Position numbers and translations under genes: made by a program. Shown in pieces: positions 36,184-46,188 of a stretch of DNA of 64,000 bases. Source of the DNA: Bacteroidia bacterium. Its GTDB lineage: Bacteria; Bacteroidota; Bacteroidia; NS11-12g; UBA955. Within the stretch, counting starts at the first letter, position 1. Each line of letters starts with the position of its first letter. The stretch spans positions 1,408 to 65,407 of the forward strand of contig JBIPPH010000008.1 of the NCBI GenBank assembly GCA_044368575.1, given 5' to 3'. The notes under the pieces were generated by a model, which searched no databases, was not told where the DNA came from, and worked only from the letters and a program-made list of their open reading frames with translations.

Positions 36184-36215
36184 CTATTTATTAAAAAACA
36201 CCAAATTAAAACTTC

Positions 36216-36857
36216 ATGGAAATAACCATCATTTTAATCGGCGTCATTTTATCTTATTTGATAGGCTCAATGCCTACCGCTTTATGGGTAGGAAAAGCCT
36301 TTTATGGCGTTGATATAAGAGCTCATGGTAGCGGGAATTCTGGTGCTACAAACACCTTCAGAGTTTTGGGCAAAAAAGCTGGAAGCTTGGTACTCATCAT
36401 TGATGTTTTAAAAGGTTTAACGGCGGCTAGTTTAGTGCGCTATTGCTATTTTTTAGATCCTGGATCTGTTAGATACGTTAACATTCAATTGTTGTTTGGT
36501 TTAGTATCTGTTTTAGGTCATATCTTCCCTATCTATTGCCAATTTAAAGGTGGTAAAGGCATTGCAACACTGTTAGGCATGATCATTGGCATTCATTACC
36601 TTTCCGCGTTAGCATGTGTTCTATTGTTCATTGTGGTTTTATTTTCAACGAGGTATGTATCACTAAGCAGCATGTTAGCGGCTATTGCATTTCCTTTATT
36701 TGCAATAGTGATCTACAAAAATGAAGAACCGCTTTTTGTGGCTTTTGGAATAGCAGCTGCCATAATGGTCATTTTAACCCACCAAAAAAACATTGCTAGA
36801 TTGGTTGAAGGCACAGAGAACAAAGCCAAATTACTAAAGAAACACCGTCAAGAATAA
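36216..36857 (+). CDS. plsY: Glycerol-3-phosphate acyltransferase PlsY
   Basis: 213 aa and multi-TM, with the HGSGNSGATN and GGKG motifs. Confidence 0.9.
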   Translation: MEITIILIGVILSYLIGSMPTALWVGKAFYGVDIRAHGSGNSGATNTFRVLGKKAGSLVLIIDVLKGLTAASLVRYCYFLDPGSVRYVNIQLLFGLVSVLGHIFPIYCQFKGGKGIATLLGMIIGIHYLSALACVLLFIVVLFSTRYVSLSSMLAAIAFPLFAIVIYKNEEPLFVAFGIAAAIMVILTHQKNIARLVEGTENKAKLLKKHRQE

Positions 36858-36864
36858 TTCCTTT

Positions 36865-37149
36865 ATGAGATTTATGAAAGAATTAGGACAATCACATACC
36901 TTACAAAAAACCATTGAAACAGCAGATTTCCAATTGGTTTTATACAACGATGACCACAATACCTTTGATCATGTTATTAATTGTTTAGTGGAGTATTGTA
37001 AACACGATGTTTACCAAGCAGAACAATGTGCTTGGATAGTCCACACCAAAGGTAAATGCGCTGTCAAATCTGGAGAATATGCCTTGTTAGAACCCTTGTG
37101 CACAGCCCTTTTAGACAAAGGCTTATCTGCACAAATAGAAATGGCATAA
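36865..37149 (+). CDS. clpS: ATP-dependent Clp protease adaptor ClpS
   Basis: The core LVLYNDDHNTFDHVINCLV...QAEQCAWIVHTKGKCAV matches ClpS. Confidence 0.85.
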   Translation: MRFMKELGQSHTLQKTIETADFQLVLYNDDHNTFDHVINCLVEYCKHDVYQAEQCAWIVHTKGKCAVKSGEYALLEPLCTALLDKGLSAQIEMA

Positions 37150-37150
37150 T

Positions 37151-37951
37151 ATGAAACAAGTATTGTTTTTTTTGCTATTGGCAGCAATGGCATTTGGTTG
37201 TAATCGAGTCCCCATTACCCACCGCAGACAAAGCACCTGGGAAAATGAAGCTGCTCTTCAAAAAATGTGCGATTCAATGTACAGGCAATTTATTGCTACT
37301 CATAAAATAACCACTAACAAACAACAAGCAGCTCAGGTACAATTACTTGGTCAAAAACTTTCTATCGCCATTACTAACTTTTTCAAAACCTACGACAATG
37401 GCAAATACTATCCAGAGGTAAGTGCTTATAAATGGGCTTTTAACACCATTCAAGACAGTACTATCAATGCCTGGTGTATGCCAGGAGGCAAAGTAGTAGT
37501 TTACACTGGATTAATGAAAGTGACTCAAGACGAAACTGGTTTAGCTGTAGTTATTGGGCACGAAATAGCACATGCCATAGCTAAACATGGCAATGAAAGA
37601 ATGACCCAAGAAATGAAGGCTCATGGCTTAGGCAGTATTTTATCTATTGCCTTATCAGGCAGCCCTCAGGCTACTCAAGATGTATTGGGAATGGTATATG
37701 GAGCGGCAGGTGGTTTAACCTTGTTAAAATACTCAAGAAAACATGAAACAGAAGCCGATAAGATTGGTTTAGTCTTTATGGCCTTAGCTGGATATGATCC
37801 ATCGAAATCTATTGAGTTTTGGGAACGTATGAGCAAAGCGAATGGCACTCAAATACCACAATGGTTAAGTTCACATCCTAGTGATCAAACTAGAATCAAT
37901 GAGTTAAAAGCATGGTTACCCGAAGCGCTAAAATATTATAAAAAACCATGA
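37151..37951 (+). CDS. M48-family zinc metallopeptidase lipoprotein
   Basis: Lipobox AMAFGC, HEIAHAIAKHGNE (HExxH) and a downstream EADKIG. Confidence 0.85.
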   Translation: MKQVLFFLLLAAMAFGCNRVPITHRRQSTWENEAALQKMCDSMYRQFIATHKITTNKQQAAQVQLLGQKLSIAITNFFKTYDNGKYYPEVSAYKWAFNTIQDSTINAWCMPGGKVVVYTGLMKVTQDETGLAVVIGHEIAHAIAKHGNERMTQEMKAHGLGSILSIALSGSPQATQDVLGMVYGAAGGLTLLKYSRKHETEADKIGLVFMALAGYDPSKSIEFWERMSKANGTQIPQWLSSHPSDQTRINELKAWLPEALKYYKKP

Positions 37952-38382
37952 GCGACACAAAACTTGTTTTCAAAGACAGTTTTGCTGAAACAGAGATTGA
38001 AACTGTCGCTCAAAAAATTATAGCTTACCTAAGTCATTATAGAATTATTTGTTTGACGGGTGAAGTTGGAAGCGGCAAAACCACCTTGTCAAAAACGCTT
38101 TTAAAAACACTTGGCTTTCAAAAGGCTGTTGATAGTCCGACTTTTAACCTCGTTAATACCTACCATTGGGCCAATCAAACGGTTTATCATTTCGATTTAT
38201 ACCGCATCAAATCTGTTCAAGAACTTAACGAAATAGGCTTTTTGGAATACCTTGACAGTGGTCACCTATGTTTGATTGAATGGCCAGAATTGGTTTTAGA
38301 CTTTTTAGATCAACCTTATCTGAATTTAAGGATAGAACACCATGACAACATGAGGCACTATGAATTAATCGCCTTCAATTAA
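37948..38382 (+). CDS. tsaE: tRNA t6A biosynthesis ATPase TsaE
   Basis: 144 aa with the P-loop GEVGSGKTTL, SPTFNLVN, and HFDLYR...IEWPE. Confidence 0.85.
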   Translation: MSDTKLVFKDSFAETEIETVAQKIIAYLSHYRIICLTGEVGSGKTTLSKTLLKTLGFQKAVDSPTFNLVNTYHWANQTVYHFDLYRIKSVQELNEIGFLEYLDSGHLCLIEWPELVLDFLDQPYLNLRIEHHDNMRHYELIAFN

Positions 38383-38384
38383 AG

Positions 38385-40982
38385 TCATTTTAAAGACCAA
38401 ATTTCCGCCCCCAATTCATACTGATCAACCACATAATACAGCAATTGCTCATGAAACGTTAGCTGCATTGGTGGCAATTCATTGCTGTTAGAATAAGCGC
38501 CTGTTATGGCACTAATTTGATGATTGTTTCCAATACACCAAAGTTCTGGTTGATTCACCCCAATATTTGCCACAAAATAAGCCCCTTTATTACAAACCAA
38601 TACTGCTCTTGGTATACATGACACAGGCCCTTTTTGAATGTCTTTAATCAACTTAGTTGACTTCTCTGTACCTTGACTACTCCAAAGTTCTATTCCATGA
38701 TTTCCATCATTAGCAAAAAAGAATAGGACATTATTCACCACCATAGGAAAGGCGATTTCAGAATCTTCCTTCCCAGGCAGCATATCCTTAATTAACTGAG
38801 TCTTTAATTGAATTAAATCCAGGGCCCACAATTCTCTTCCATGCATACCATCCGTTGCACTCAAATACAAATACTTATCAGTACCCCCTAAAATTTCAAG
38901 TTGCGAACCCTCTTCTCCTTTGGCAATGTCAGCCAGTAAAGCACAGGTTGAAGACTCTCCTTTACTGCACCATAATTCAAGGCCATGTTCACCATCATCT
39001 GCCACAAAATACAGCGCATCATTATGAACCATCAACCCAATAGGGTCTGAACTATGCGCTCCGTTGTATACATCTTTATGCATAAGCGTCTGAACACCAT
39101 TGGTTTTCCATAGCTCATTGCCATTGTTGTAATTATCTGCTACGAAATACAATTCATCTTTAAATACAGTCATCCATTGGGGTGATGAGGAACTTTTGCC
39201 TGGTGAAATATCTTTAAACAATCTAGTGCCTTTAATGCTGCCATCAGTGCACCACAATTCTTGTCCTGAAATCCCATCGTTGGCGTTAAAGTATATCAAA
39301 TGCTTGTACCCTATGAGCTGTTGATCATTGGCTAAAGGTTGTGCATATACAAATTGTTTGAGTTTAAAAGTGCCGGAGGCATTACCATCACTCACCCATA
39401 ACTCTAGAGATTTACTGGCATAATTGATCACAGTAAAATAAAGTTTTTGTTCATACACATAAGCAAAATCTAATTGCAAATCAGACATAGACAATTGCTC
39501 ATTGGCCAAATAGATGGTTTTTACTTCATAAAACTGTTTGCTATCAGAGGCATAACGCCACAAAGCAATAGCATCATCAGTGGCGGAAAAACACAATAGA
39601 TCTTTTTGAAACCCTCTGATTAACTGAGGCGAAAAACCTATTCCTTTTTGGTTGATGTTTTTGTACAAAGCCAATTGATAAGTTGCATTCTGTTCTTGTA
39701 GCTTGAATAATTCTTGCCCATAGTAAGCATCTTTATAAACCAAATACCATTGTTGCTTGTAGGCTACTATTTCAATGATGGCAGCAGAAACAATAGACTT
39801 GTTTTGCCATTTCAAATCTTGAACTTTCAATTGATTGTATAACTGAATATTGGACTGTGACTCTAGCATAAGCAGCCCATCAGCAAGCACTTTAAATACT
39901 GAGCCCTTCCCTACAACTTTTATTTGAAAGGTTTTATCAAGGTATATGACTTGTTCAACACCATTGGCTTGAAGCGTACTTAAATACAATCCATTGGATT
40001 CAACTGACACAGAAGCGATGTTTATGCCTTTTCCTAGGCTGACGCGTTTTTCTATACTTAAGCCTTTGCTCTGTTTGGAAGGCTCTGATTGAATTTGATA
40101 CAAGGCATCATCTAAGTACAAATAATTTTGTTGACCTTGAACCAATAAGCCAGCGTATTTAGATTGACTCAAACGCAATGTCCAATCTGATTTTAGAACC
40201 GTTAAATTACTCAAATCAACGGCAAAGCATATCAAAGCATTGGCTGAGGAATTATCTGCAGACAACAATAAATAGGCGCGTGTTTCAGGATTATACACTG
40301 CCGATATAAAGTCTGTATAAGCTAACAACAATTTTGTACCTAAAGCTTGTCCGTTGCTGAAATAAAGTGACTGACGACCGTTCTCATTAATCGAGAATAT
40401 TACACCACCAGCAACAGCCGTTAAGTGCTGAGGCTCTTCTTTGTTATTTCCCGGCTTTAAATCTTTGATTAAATGCGTACCTGCCTCAGTACCATCGCTT
40501 ACCCATACTTCGACGCCATTAATACCATCATTGGCCAAAAAATACAAAAGGCCATTTGAAAAGGTTAATTGCTTCGGACTGTAATTGGTTTTCCCGTGAT
40601 TGATATCTTTAATTCTAACAGTCCCTTTTTCGGTCCCATCTGACTTCCATAATTCAGTGCCTTTGTCAGATTCATAGGCTGTGAAAAACACCAAACCATT
40701 GCCTGCACAAATCTGATTCGGCAAGGATGAACAATTGCCTTCACAAATGTCTTTTACCAAACGGCTGTTTTGTGTAAGCAAATCATTGGCCCACAATTCC
40801 ATGCCATTTTTATCATCATCAGCCACATAAAACAAGGTGTTACCAACTGTTGTTAACCCGTGCACCTTGCTACCTTTGTCGCCTTTGATCACATCTGCTA
40901 CTAATTGAGGGGTTTGAGACCTTACAACTTGAGCCAATCCGAAGGCCAATACACACCAAAAGAACCGCTTAAAAAACATCAT
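38385..40982 (-). CDS. ELWxxDG-repeat secreted protein
   Basis: Signal peptide MMFFKRFFWCVLAFGLAQVVRSQ. At least 10 copies of G.ELW.SDGT..GT.L.KDI..G are present, for example GTELWKSDGTEKGT, GVEVWVSDGTEAGT and GQELWCTDGSIKGT. There is no T9SS CTD at the C-terminus. Confidence 0.8.
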   Translation of the reverse strand: MMFFKRFFWCVLAFGLAQVVRSQTPQLVADVIKGDKGSKVHGLTTVGNTLFYVADDDKNGMELWANDLLTQNSRLVKDICEGNCSSLPNQICAGNGLVFFTAYESDKGTELWKSDGTEKGTVRIKDINHGKTNYSPKQLTFSNGLLYFLANDGINGVEVWVSDGTEAGTHLIKDLKPGNNKEEPQHLTAVAGGVIFSINENGRQSLYFSNGQALGTKLLLAYTDFISAVYNPETRAYLLLSADNSSANALICFAVDLSNLTVLKSDWTLRLSQSKYAGLLVQGQQNYLYLDDALYQIQSEPSKQSKGLSIEKRVSLGKGINIASVSVESNGLYLSTLQANGVEQVIYLDKTFQIKVVGKGSVFKVLADGLLMLESQSNIQLYNQLKVQDLKWQNKSIVSAAIIEIVAYKQQWYLVYKDAYYGQELFKLQEQNATYQLALYKNINQKGIGFSPQLIRGFQKDLLCFSATDDAIALWRYASDSKQFYEVKTIYLANEQLSMSDLQLDFAYVYEQKLYFTVINYASKSLELWVSDGNASGTFKLKQFVYAQPLANDQQLIGYKHLIYFNANDGISGQELWCTDGSIKGTRLFKDISPGKSSSSPQWMTVFKDELYFVADNYNNGNELWKTNGVQTLMHKDVYNGAHSSDPIGLMVHNDALYFVADDGEHGLELWCSKGESSTCALLADIAKGEEGSQLEILGGTDKYLYLSATDGMHGRELWALDLIQLKTQLIKDMLPGKEDSEIAFPMVVNNVLFFFANDGNHGIELWSSQGTEKSTKLIKDIQKGPVSCIPRAVLVCNKGAYFVANIGVNQPELWCIGNNHQISAITGAYSNSNELPPMQLTFHEQLLYYVVDQYELGAEIWSLK

Positions 40983-41049
40983 ACAATGATACAAAAAACC
41001 TTGCATTCTTAAAGTACAATATGGTGATTCAGTCTTTTGGTTTTTAACT

Positions 41050-41057
41050 TATATTTG
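41050..41057 (+). promoter_or_regulatory. -7 box (TATATTTG) abutting the SDR start
   Basis: Exact TAnnTTTG, 4 nt upstream of the GTG at 41062. Confidence 0.5.
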
Positions 41058-41061
41058 CTGA

Positions 41062-41844
41062 GTGCAAATTCAATTAAAAGGTAGAACAGCTTTAGTTTGT
41101 GGCAGTAGCCAAGGGATTGGCAAAGCCATAGCAACTCAACTAGCCCTGAGTGGTGCCAATATTATTTTGTTGGCCAGAAACGAAGAAAAACTCAAAACCA
41201 TCTGTACCGAATTAGACAGTCAACAAGGTCAAACCCATCAATATTTAGTGGCAGATTTTAATGATATTAAGTCTGTTGCCAATGTTTGCAAACAGATTGA
41301 ACAAATGCCAATTGATATTCTGATCAACAACACCGGAGGCCCAGCTGCTGGACCTGCTATTGACGCGCCAATTCAACAATTCCTTTCAGCATTTGAATTG
41401 CACTTGATCAACAATCAGCAAATCACCCAAGCCGTTGTTAAACACATGAAAGCGAATGCCTTTGGTCGAATCATCAATATCATCTCAACATCTGTAAAAG
41501 TGCCTTTGCACAATCTTGGCGTAAGCAATACTATTAGAGGCGCCGTTGGTAATTGGTCTAAAACCATCGCCACTGAACTCGCCCCTTTCGGCATAACCGT
41601 CAACAACATCTTACCAGGGGCTACTGAGACTGAACGCTTAGGCAATATCATCAATAACAAATCGTCTAAATTAATGGTGGATTCAAGTCAAGTTACCTCT
41701 GAAATGCTTGCAGAAATCCCTATGGGTAGATTTGGCAAACCAGAAGAACCTGCCTATGCAGCCTGCTTCTTAAGTTCTGAATTTGCAGCCTACATTACAG
41801 GCACCAATATTGTCGTTGACGGAGGTAGAACACCGTGTCTATAA
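41062..41844 (+). CDS. Short-chain dehydrogenase/reductase (FabG-like)
   Basis: GSSQGIGKAIA (TGxxxGxG-like), NNTG, and the PG..ET and VDGG motifs. Confidence 0.85.
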   Translation: MQIQLKGRTALVCGSSQGIGKAIATQLALSGANIILLARNEEKLKTICTELDSQQGQTHQYLVADFNDIKSVANVCKQIEQMPIDILINNTGGPAAGPAIDAPIQQFLSAFELHLINNQQITQAVVKHMKANAFGRIINIISTSVKVPLHNLGVSNTIRGAVGNWSKTIATELAPFGITVNNILPGATETERLGNIINNKSSKLMVDSSQVTSEMLAEIPMGRFGKPEEPAYAACFLSSEFAAYITGTNIVVDGGRTPCL

Positions 41845-42743
41845 AGCCATACATACAAGCTGCTAGATTGCGCACCTTGCCTTTGGCCATTGCAGGTATT
41901 TTAACCGGCAATCTTATTGCAGGCATTCAATTCAAACAAATGCACTGGGCTTGTTTTATACTTAGTTTAATGACCGCCATTGCCCTACAAATTTTAAGCA
42001 ATTATGCCAATGATTATGGCGATTTCAAAAATGGAGCTGACACCGCCATCCGAACTGACCGCGTAATGGCCTCTGGCCAAATGAGTATCAAAACCATGCA
42101 AATAGCAATTGGGGTTTTAATCACTTTGAGTTTAGTCTCCGGCATTGGTTTACTGATCACCTCCATACAAAGTATAAACAGCGCATTTTGGAGTTTAATG
42201 GGCATTGGTTGTTTGGGCATTGCTGCTGCTTATTTTTATACGGCCGGCAAATACCCTTATGGTTACTATGGTTTAGGAGATTTGGCAGTTTATATTTTCT
42301 TTGGCATTGTATCCGTTTTAGGGGCTTATTACTTACAAAGTGGGCAATTATCATGGTCAGTAGTTTGTTTGGCACATGCTATGGCTTGCTTAAGTGTAGC
42401 AGTATTGAACATCAATAACCTACGCGACATCGAAACCGATGCGCTCAAAAACAAGCGCACCCTTGCCACTCAAATGGGCTACAAAAACACTTTGCGTTAT
42501 CAGGTTGTTTTATTGGTGAATGCTTTAATAGGTATGCTGGCTTTTATGCAACTTCAAAAGGCTTTTGGCATTTGGACTCTAATTAGTATTGGCATCAATG
42601 GCATTATCGTATTGAAGCAATGGCAAAAATTGAAAGCGTGCAAGAACAGGATGGACTATAACCTTGCCTTGAAGGGCATGTCTTTAAGTGCTTTAGCCAT
42701 GATGCTGTGCCTGTGTTTGGCTTATTATTTAATGCAACAATAA
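41835..42743 (+). CDS. menA: 1,4-dihydroxy-2-naphthoate polyprenyltransferase
   Basis: UbiA-family multi-TM protein with NDYGDFKNGAD and NNLRDIETD motifs. Confidence 0.85.
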   Translation: MSIKPYIQAARLRTLPLAIAGILTGNLIAGIQFKQMHWACFILSLMTAIALQILSNYANDYGDFKNGADTAIRTDRVMASGQMSIKTMQIAIGVLITLSLVSGIGLLITSIQSINSAFWSLMGIGCLGIAAAYFYTAGKYPYGYYGLGDLAVYIFFGIVSVLGAYYLQSGQLSWSVVCLAHAMACLSVAVLNINNLRDIETDALKNKRTLATQMGYKNTLRYQVVLLVNALIGMLAFMQLQKAFGIWTLISIGINGIIVLKQWQKLKACKNRMDYNLALKGMSLSALAMMLCLCLAYYLMQQ

Positions 42744-43786
42744 TGGGATTAAAAGCCAGTATAGAACAACATGAACTCTTGTTTAAAAAGCCGGCCACAA
42801 CCAGCCGAGGCGCTTATAATGGCAGACAAATCTATTTGTTAAAAATATACAACGAAGCCGACCCAAATTGTGTTGGCATAGGCGAATGCGCCCCACTAAA
42901 AGGCCTAAGTATAGACGACTTAGGAAACTATGCTGATTATTTGAATGATTTAGTTGAACAGATCAATAACAACCATTCAGAAAATTTCCCTTTTCACCAA
43001 TTCCCTTCTATTCAGTTTGGTATTGAAACTGCCTTGCTGGATTTAAAGCACGGCGGCAAACGCATCATTTTCCCTAACTTTTATGCTATTGGCAAACAAG
43101 GTATACCCATTAATGGCTTGGTATGGATGGATACAATTGATCAAATGCAATTGGAAGCTGAAGAGAAAATCAAGAAAGGGTTTAATTGTTTGAAATTCAA
43201 AATAGGGGCTTTAAACTTTGACGATGAATTGGCATTGATTAAAAACATTAGGCAGTCTTATAACGAGCAGGAATTAATGATAAGACTTGATGCCAATGGT
43301 GCCTTTTCGCCTGAAACCGCTTTAGATCAATTAAAAGCCCTATCAGAATTCAAGATCCACAGCATAGAACAACCAATAGCAAGTCATCAACGCAGTCAAT
43401 TAAGAGACCTTATCCAAAAAAGCCCAATCCCTATTGCACTCGACGAAGAATTAATTGGCATTCAGTCTACCGAAGACATTGACGCGTTATTGAAAGAGGT
43501 AAAGCCTCCTTACATCGTTTTAAAACCCAATTTATTGGGCGGTTTTAAACAATGTGATGCCTGGATAAAAGCAGCTAAACAACATGGTATTAAATGGTGG
43601 CTAACTTCTGCATTAGAGAGCAATATTGGCTTAAATGCCATTGCCCAATACGCTGCCAATTTTCAAAATCCAATGCATTCTGGCTTAGGCACAGGACAAT
43701 TGTACAAAACGAATTTCACCCCTAACACGCGCATCATTGATGGCTATCTTTGGCGCGACATGGGGCAAAGCCGTTCGGATCAATAA
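42743..43786 (+). CDS. menC: o-Succinylbenzoate synthase (enolase superfamily)
   Basis: The KFKIG, RLDANGAF and ALDEEL metal/base motifs are in order. The start is set at the ATG overlapping the menA stop (TAATG). Confidence 0.8.
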   Translation: MGLKASIEQHELLFKKPATTSRGAYNGRQIYLLKIYNEADPNCVGIGECAPLKGLSIDDLGNYADYLNDLVEQINNNHSENFPFHQFPSIQFGIETALLDLKHGGKRIIFPNFYAIGKQGIPINGLVWMDTIDQMQLEAEEKIKKGFNCLKFKIGALNFDDELALIKNIRQSYNEQELMIRLDANGAFSPETALDQLKALSEFKIHSIEQPIASHQRSQLRDLIQKSPIPIALDEELIGIQSTEDIDALLKEVKPPYIVLKPNLLGGFKQCDAWIKAAKQHGIKWWLTSALESNIGLNAIAQYAANFQNPMHSGLGTGQLYKTNFTPNTRIIDGYLWRDMGQSRSDQ

Positions 43787-45558
43787 GCAACAATGATTTG
43801 TTTCTGCTCCATCCAATTGCCTTCTTGAAGTCTGAGTATGAATTGACCTTGAGGCAATTGTGAAATAGTTGAATTGGTGGCATTGATTCGACCTGTTTGG
43901 ATCTGTTTGCCATGCACATCAAAAATGCTGTAGTCAACAGCCTCAAAACCTGACTTAGACAAATCTACTCGAATATGGCCTGAACTTGGCAAAGGAAATA
44001 AACTGATGGCATTGGTATACAATTCATGAATTTTCAATAAGTGTGCTTGAGTAATAACAAGCGTATCAAAATAAGTACTAGGACAATTATAAGGCACTTG
44101 ATTGACTTGATGTTCCAAGATATAAGTACCAGGGCTTGTAAACACAATGGTATCGTATGATTTATTTAAACCGTAATGGATTAATTTCATTGAATCATTG
44201 TACAAGGCATTGACATATCGGTAACTTGATTTTACTGTTGAATCCGAAGGCTGAGCAATAATCACCAAGCCCCCTTTAAACAAATACTGATAGGTCAAAT
44301 AGTCTTTAGCCTTTGGTTTGACTTGAACAGTGTAGGTTTTAAAACTTTTTAAAGGTGGAGAGCAATGTTGATCATCCACTTGTACTGTAAATCGATAAGG
44401 GGCCATTTTAGCATCCCCAACTTTGGTTTGCCAACAAAACTCAGCTTGTTTCTCTCTGGCCATTGGGTCAATGATTCTAAATGTAGCCATTTTAATCCCT
44501 GAATCCCAATACAATTGTAGCGTATCTGGGCTCAGTTGTTTAGGCAAGAACTGATCATCCGTACTTGAAACGGTAAAACAAATCTTGTTGCCTTCACAGA
44601 CAGCATATTGATTGTTCCCTGTAATGTTAGGGGCATTATTATCAGAACAAGTACCCACAAACCAAGTGGATTCGCGTTTGATATAACCTACCCTTCTCAA
44701 TACGCCTGTAGAATCTTTTCGCCATTCATCCACTTGCATCACCATAACACCAACCTCGTCACATTTATTAGGCGTAAAAGTGATGTCCCCATTATAGGTA
44801 TTAAAGTAAAAACCTCTAGGAGGCTTAGCGCCAGGCAAAGCTCTGCAATTGATCACACCAGGATTAGGCGGGCAATATGGGGTCATGGGTATTCTTGAAC
44901 TAAAAGTCCCTGTATACAATGCAGAATCATTGAAATTTTTCAATGCAGGAACTGATCTAAAGCCTAAACTATCTGTATCAGTATCTTCAATGGCGCCAAC
45001 ATTGTAAAGAAAATAATTATTACAACAAATGGATTTGATAGGATTGAAACCAAACCTAGGTGATGTATTGCCTTTATTACCCGCTAAGCAAACATCTACC
45101 ATAGATTCTAAATACATGTTATCAGGCATCAAAGTCGTAATGGCACCATTTCTACAACAAATAGACATGGAGAATAATACTTGACAATTATTGGCCATAA
45201 CAGTATTAAAACTTGATTGTTTAAGATCAAGGTCTATTTCATAACTGTGGCATTCAATACCCGTCTTGGAAGGGGTGTTTTGTGGCTTACAAGGCAAGGT
45301 GTCATTTTTACAAACCACTGAAATGTCTTTGATACCTGTTCGGTTGGGGCTAATGCTTATAGCTGAACTACCATCTCCCTTACTTAAAAAGAATTGTACA
45401 TTTTGAAGTTGAAGGCCAGCGCATTCTCTGTATATTGTGTAGACCACATGGTAAACTCTGTTGCCTTTGTGCGTGTAGGTGATATCAGCTCCAATTACAT
45501 GCGATGCCTGCGCCTGAACACAAAAGGCCAATGTTAGCCAAATAAAAAGCGTTTTCAT
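43780..45558 (-). CDS. Cys-rich secreted protein with a T9SS C-terminal sorting domain
   Basis: Signal peptide ...AFCVQAQA. The N-terminal HVIGADITYTH.....Y.VVYTIYRECAG motif is common in gliding-associated adhesin-like proteins. The C-terminus LFPLPSSGHIRVDL...GQFILRLQEGNW is a CTD. Confidence 0.8.
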   Translation of the reverse strand: MKTLFIWLTLAFCVQAQASHVIGADITYTHKGNRVYHVVYTIYRECAGLQLQNVQFFLSKGDGSSAISISPNRTGIKDISVVCKNDTLPCKPQNTPSKTGIECHSYEIDLDLKQSSFNTVMANNCQVLFSMSICCRNGAITTLMPDNMYLESMVDVCLAGNKGNTSPRFGFNPIKSICCNNYFLYNVGAIEDTDTDSLGFRSVPALKNFNDSALYTGTFSSRIPMTPYCPPNPGVINCRALPGAKPPRGFYFNTYNGDITFTPNKCDEVGVMVMQVDEWRKDSTGVLRRVGYIKRESTWFVGTCSDNNAPNITGNNQYAVCEGNKICFTVSSTDDQFLPKQLSPDTLQLYWDSGIKMATFRIIDPMAREKQAEFCWQTKVGDAKMAPYRFTVQVDDQHCSPPLKSFKTYTVQVKPKAKDYLTYQYLFKGGLVIIAQPSDSTVKSSYRYVNALYNDSMKLIHYGLNKSYDTIVFTSPGTYILEHQVNQVPYNCPSTYFDTLVITQAHLLKIHELYTNAISLFPLPSSGHIRVDLSKSGFEAVDYSIFDVHGKQIQTGRINATNSTISQLPQGQFILRLQEGNWMEQKQIIVAY

Positions 45559-45606
45559 TATAGATATTAAGTATTGTTAAGACCTCAAGCAGCCAAAATT
45601 AGTTGC

Positions 45607-46188
45607 TTATTGCCACTTGGTGGATTCAATCATTTTGTAAATATCTGCTTTGATAAAATCAAAAATAGGTTGAATACTGTCTATTTCGGTTTTGTCGTTG
45701 AAGTACAAAGCACCTCTTAAAAAATGGCGCTTACCATCACTCACATAAAAATTGAGGTTAGTGGCTGTATTGCCTTTTAATTCATATACTATTCCAGAAG
45801 TTTGAGTCAGCGCATTGTGCAATTCTATTTCTTCAATTTCATCTGCTTTGATATCGTGTTTATAAACAAGTCGCCTAGTGTCGTCAAACAACTCATCAAA
45901 CTCATTGCGATCTTTAAAGGCATGGTAACTTAAATGCAGCGTGGCATTGAAAGGCAAATAGTGTAGATTAAACCAATATGGGTGCTTAGCTGAATCTTCC
46001 GCGTCATTAAAGGCCTGCATAACGGCATACTTCGGAATGAGGAATGAGTATGGTGCGATGCTATCAAACAATTGATATTGTTTCTGAGGATAATACACCC
46101 TCGGATAAGCATGTGGCTTAGGGGTATAATCATTACCTCCACATGACAACAATAGAACTGCTATGAAAAATGCCTTTATTGCCTTCAT
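45607..46188 (-). CDS. gldD: Gliding motility lipoprotein GldD
   Basis: Lipobox LLLSCGG, PKPHAYPRVYYP, and KADEIEE...GIVYELKGNTATNLNFYVSDGKRHFLRGALYF resemble F. johnsoniae GldD as I recall it. It lies directly downstream of gldE. Confidence 0.8.
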   Translation of the reverse strand: MKAIKAFFIAVLLLSCGGNDYTPKPHAYPRVYYPQKQYQLFDSIAPYSFLIPKYAVMQAFNDAEDSAKHPYWFNLHYLPFNATLHLSYHAFKDRNEFDELFDDTRRLVYKHDIKADEIEEIELHNALTQTSGIVYELKGNTATNLNFYVSDGKRHFLRGALYFNDKTEIDSIQPIFDFIKADIYKMIESTKWQ

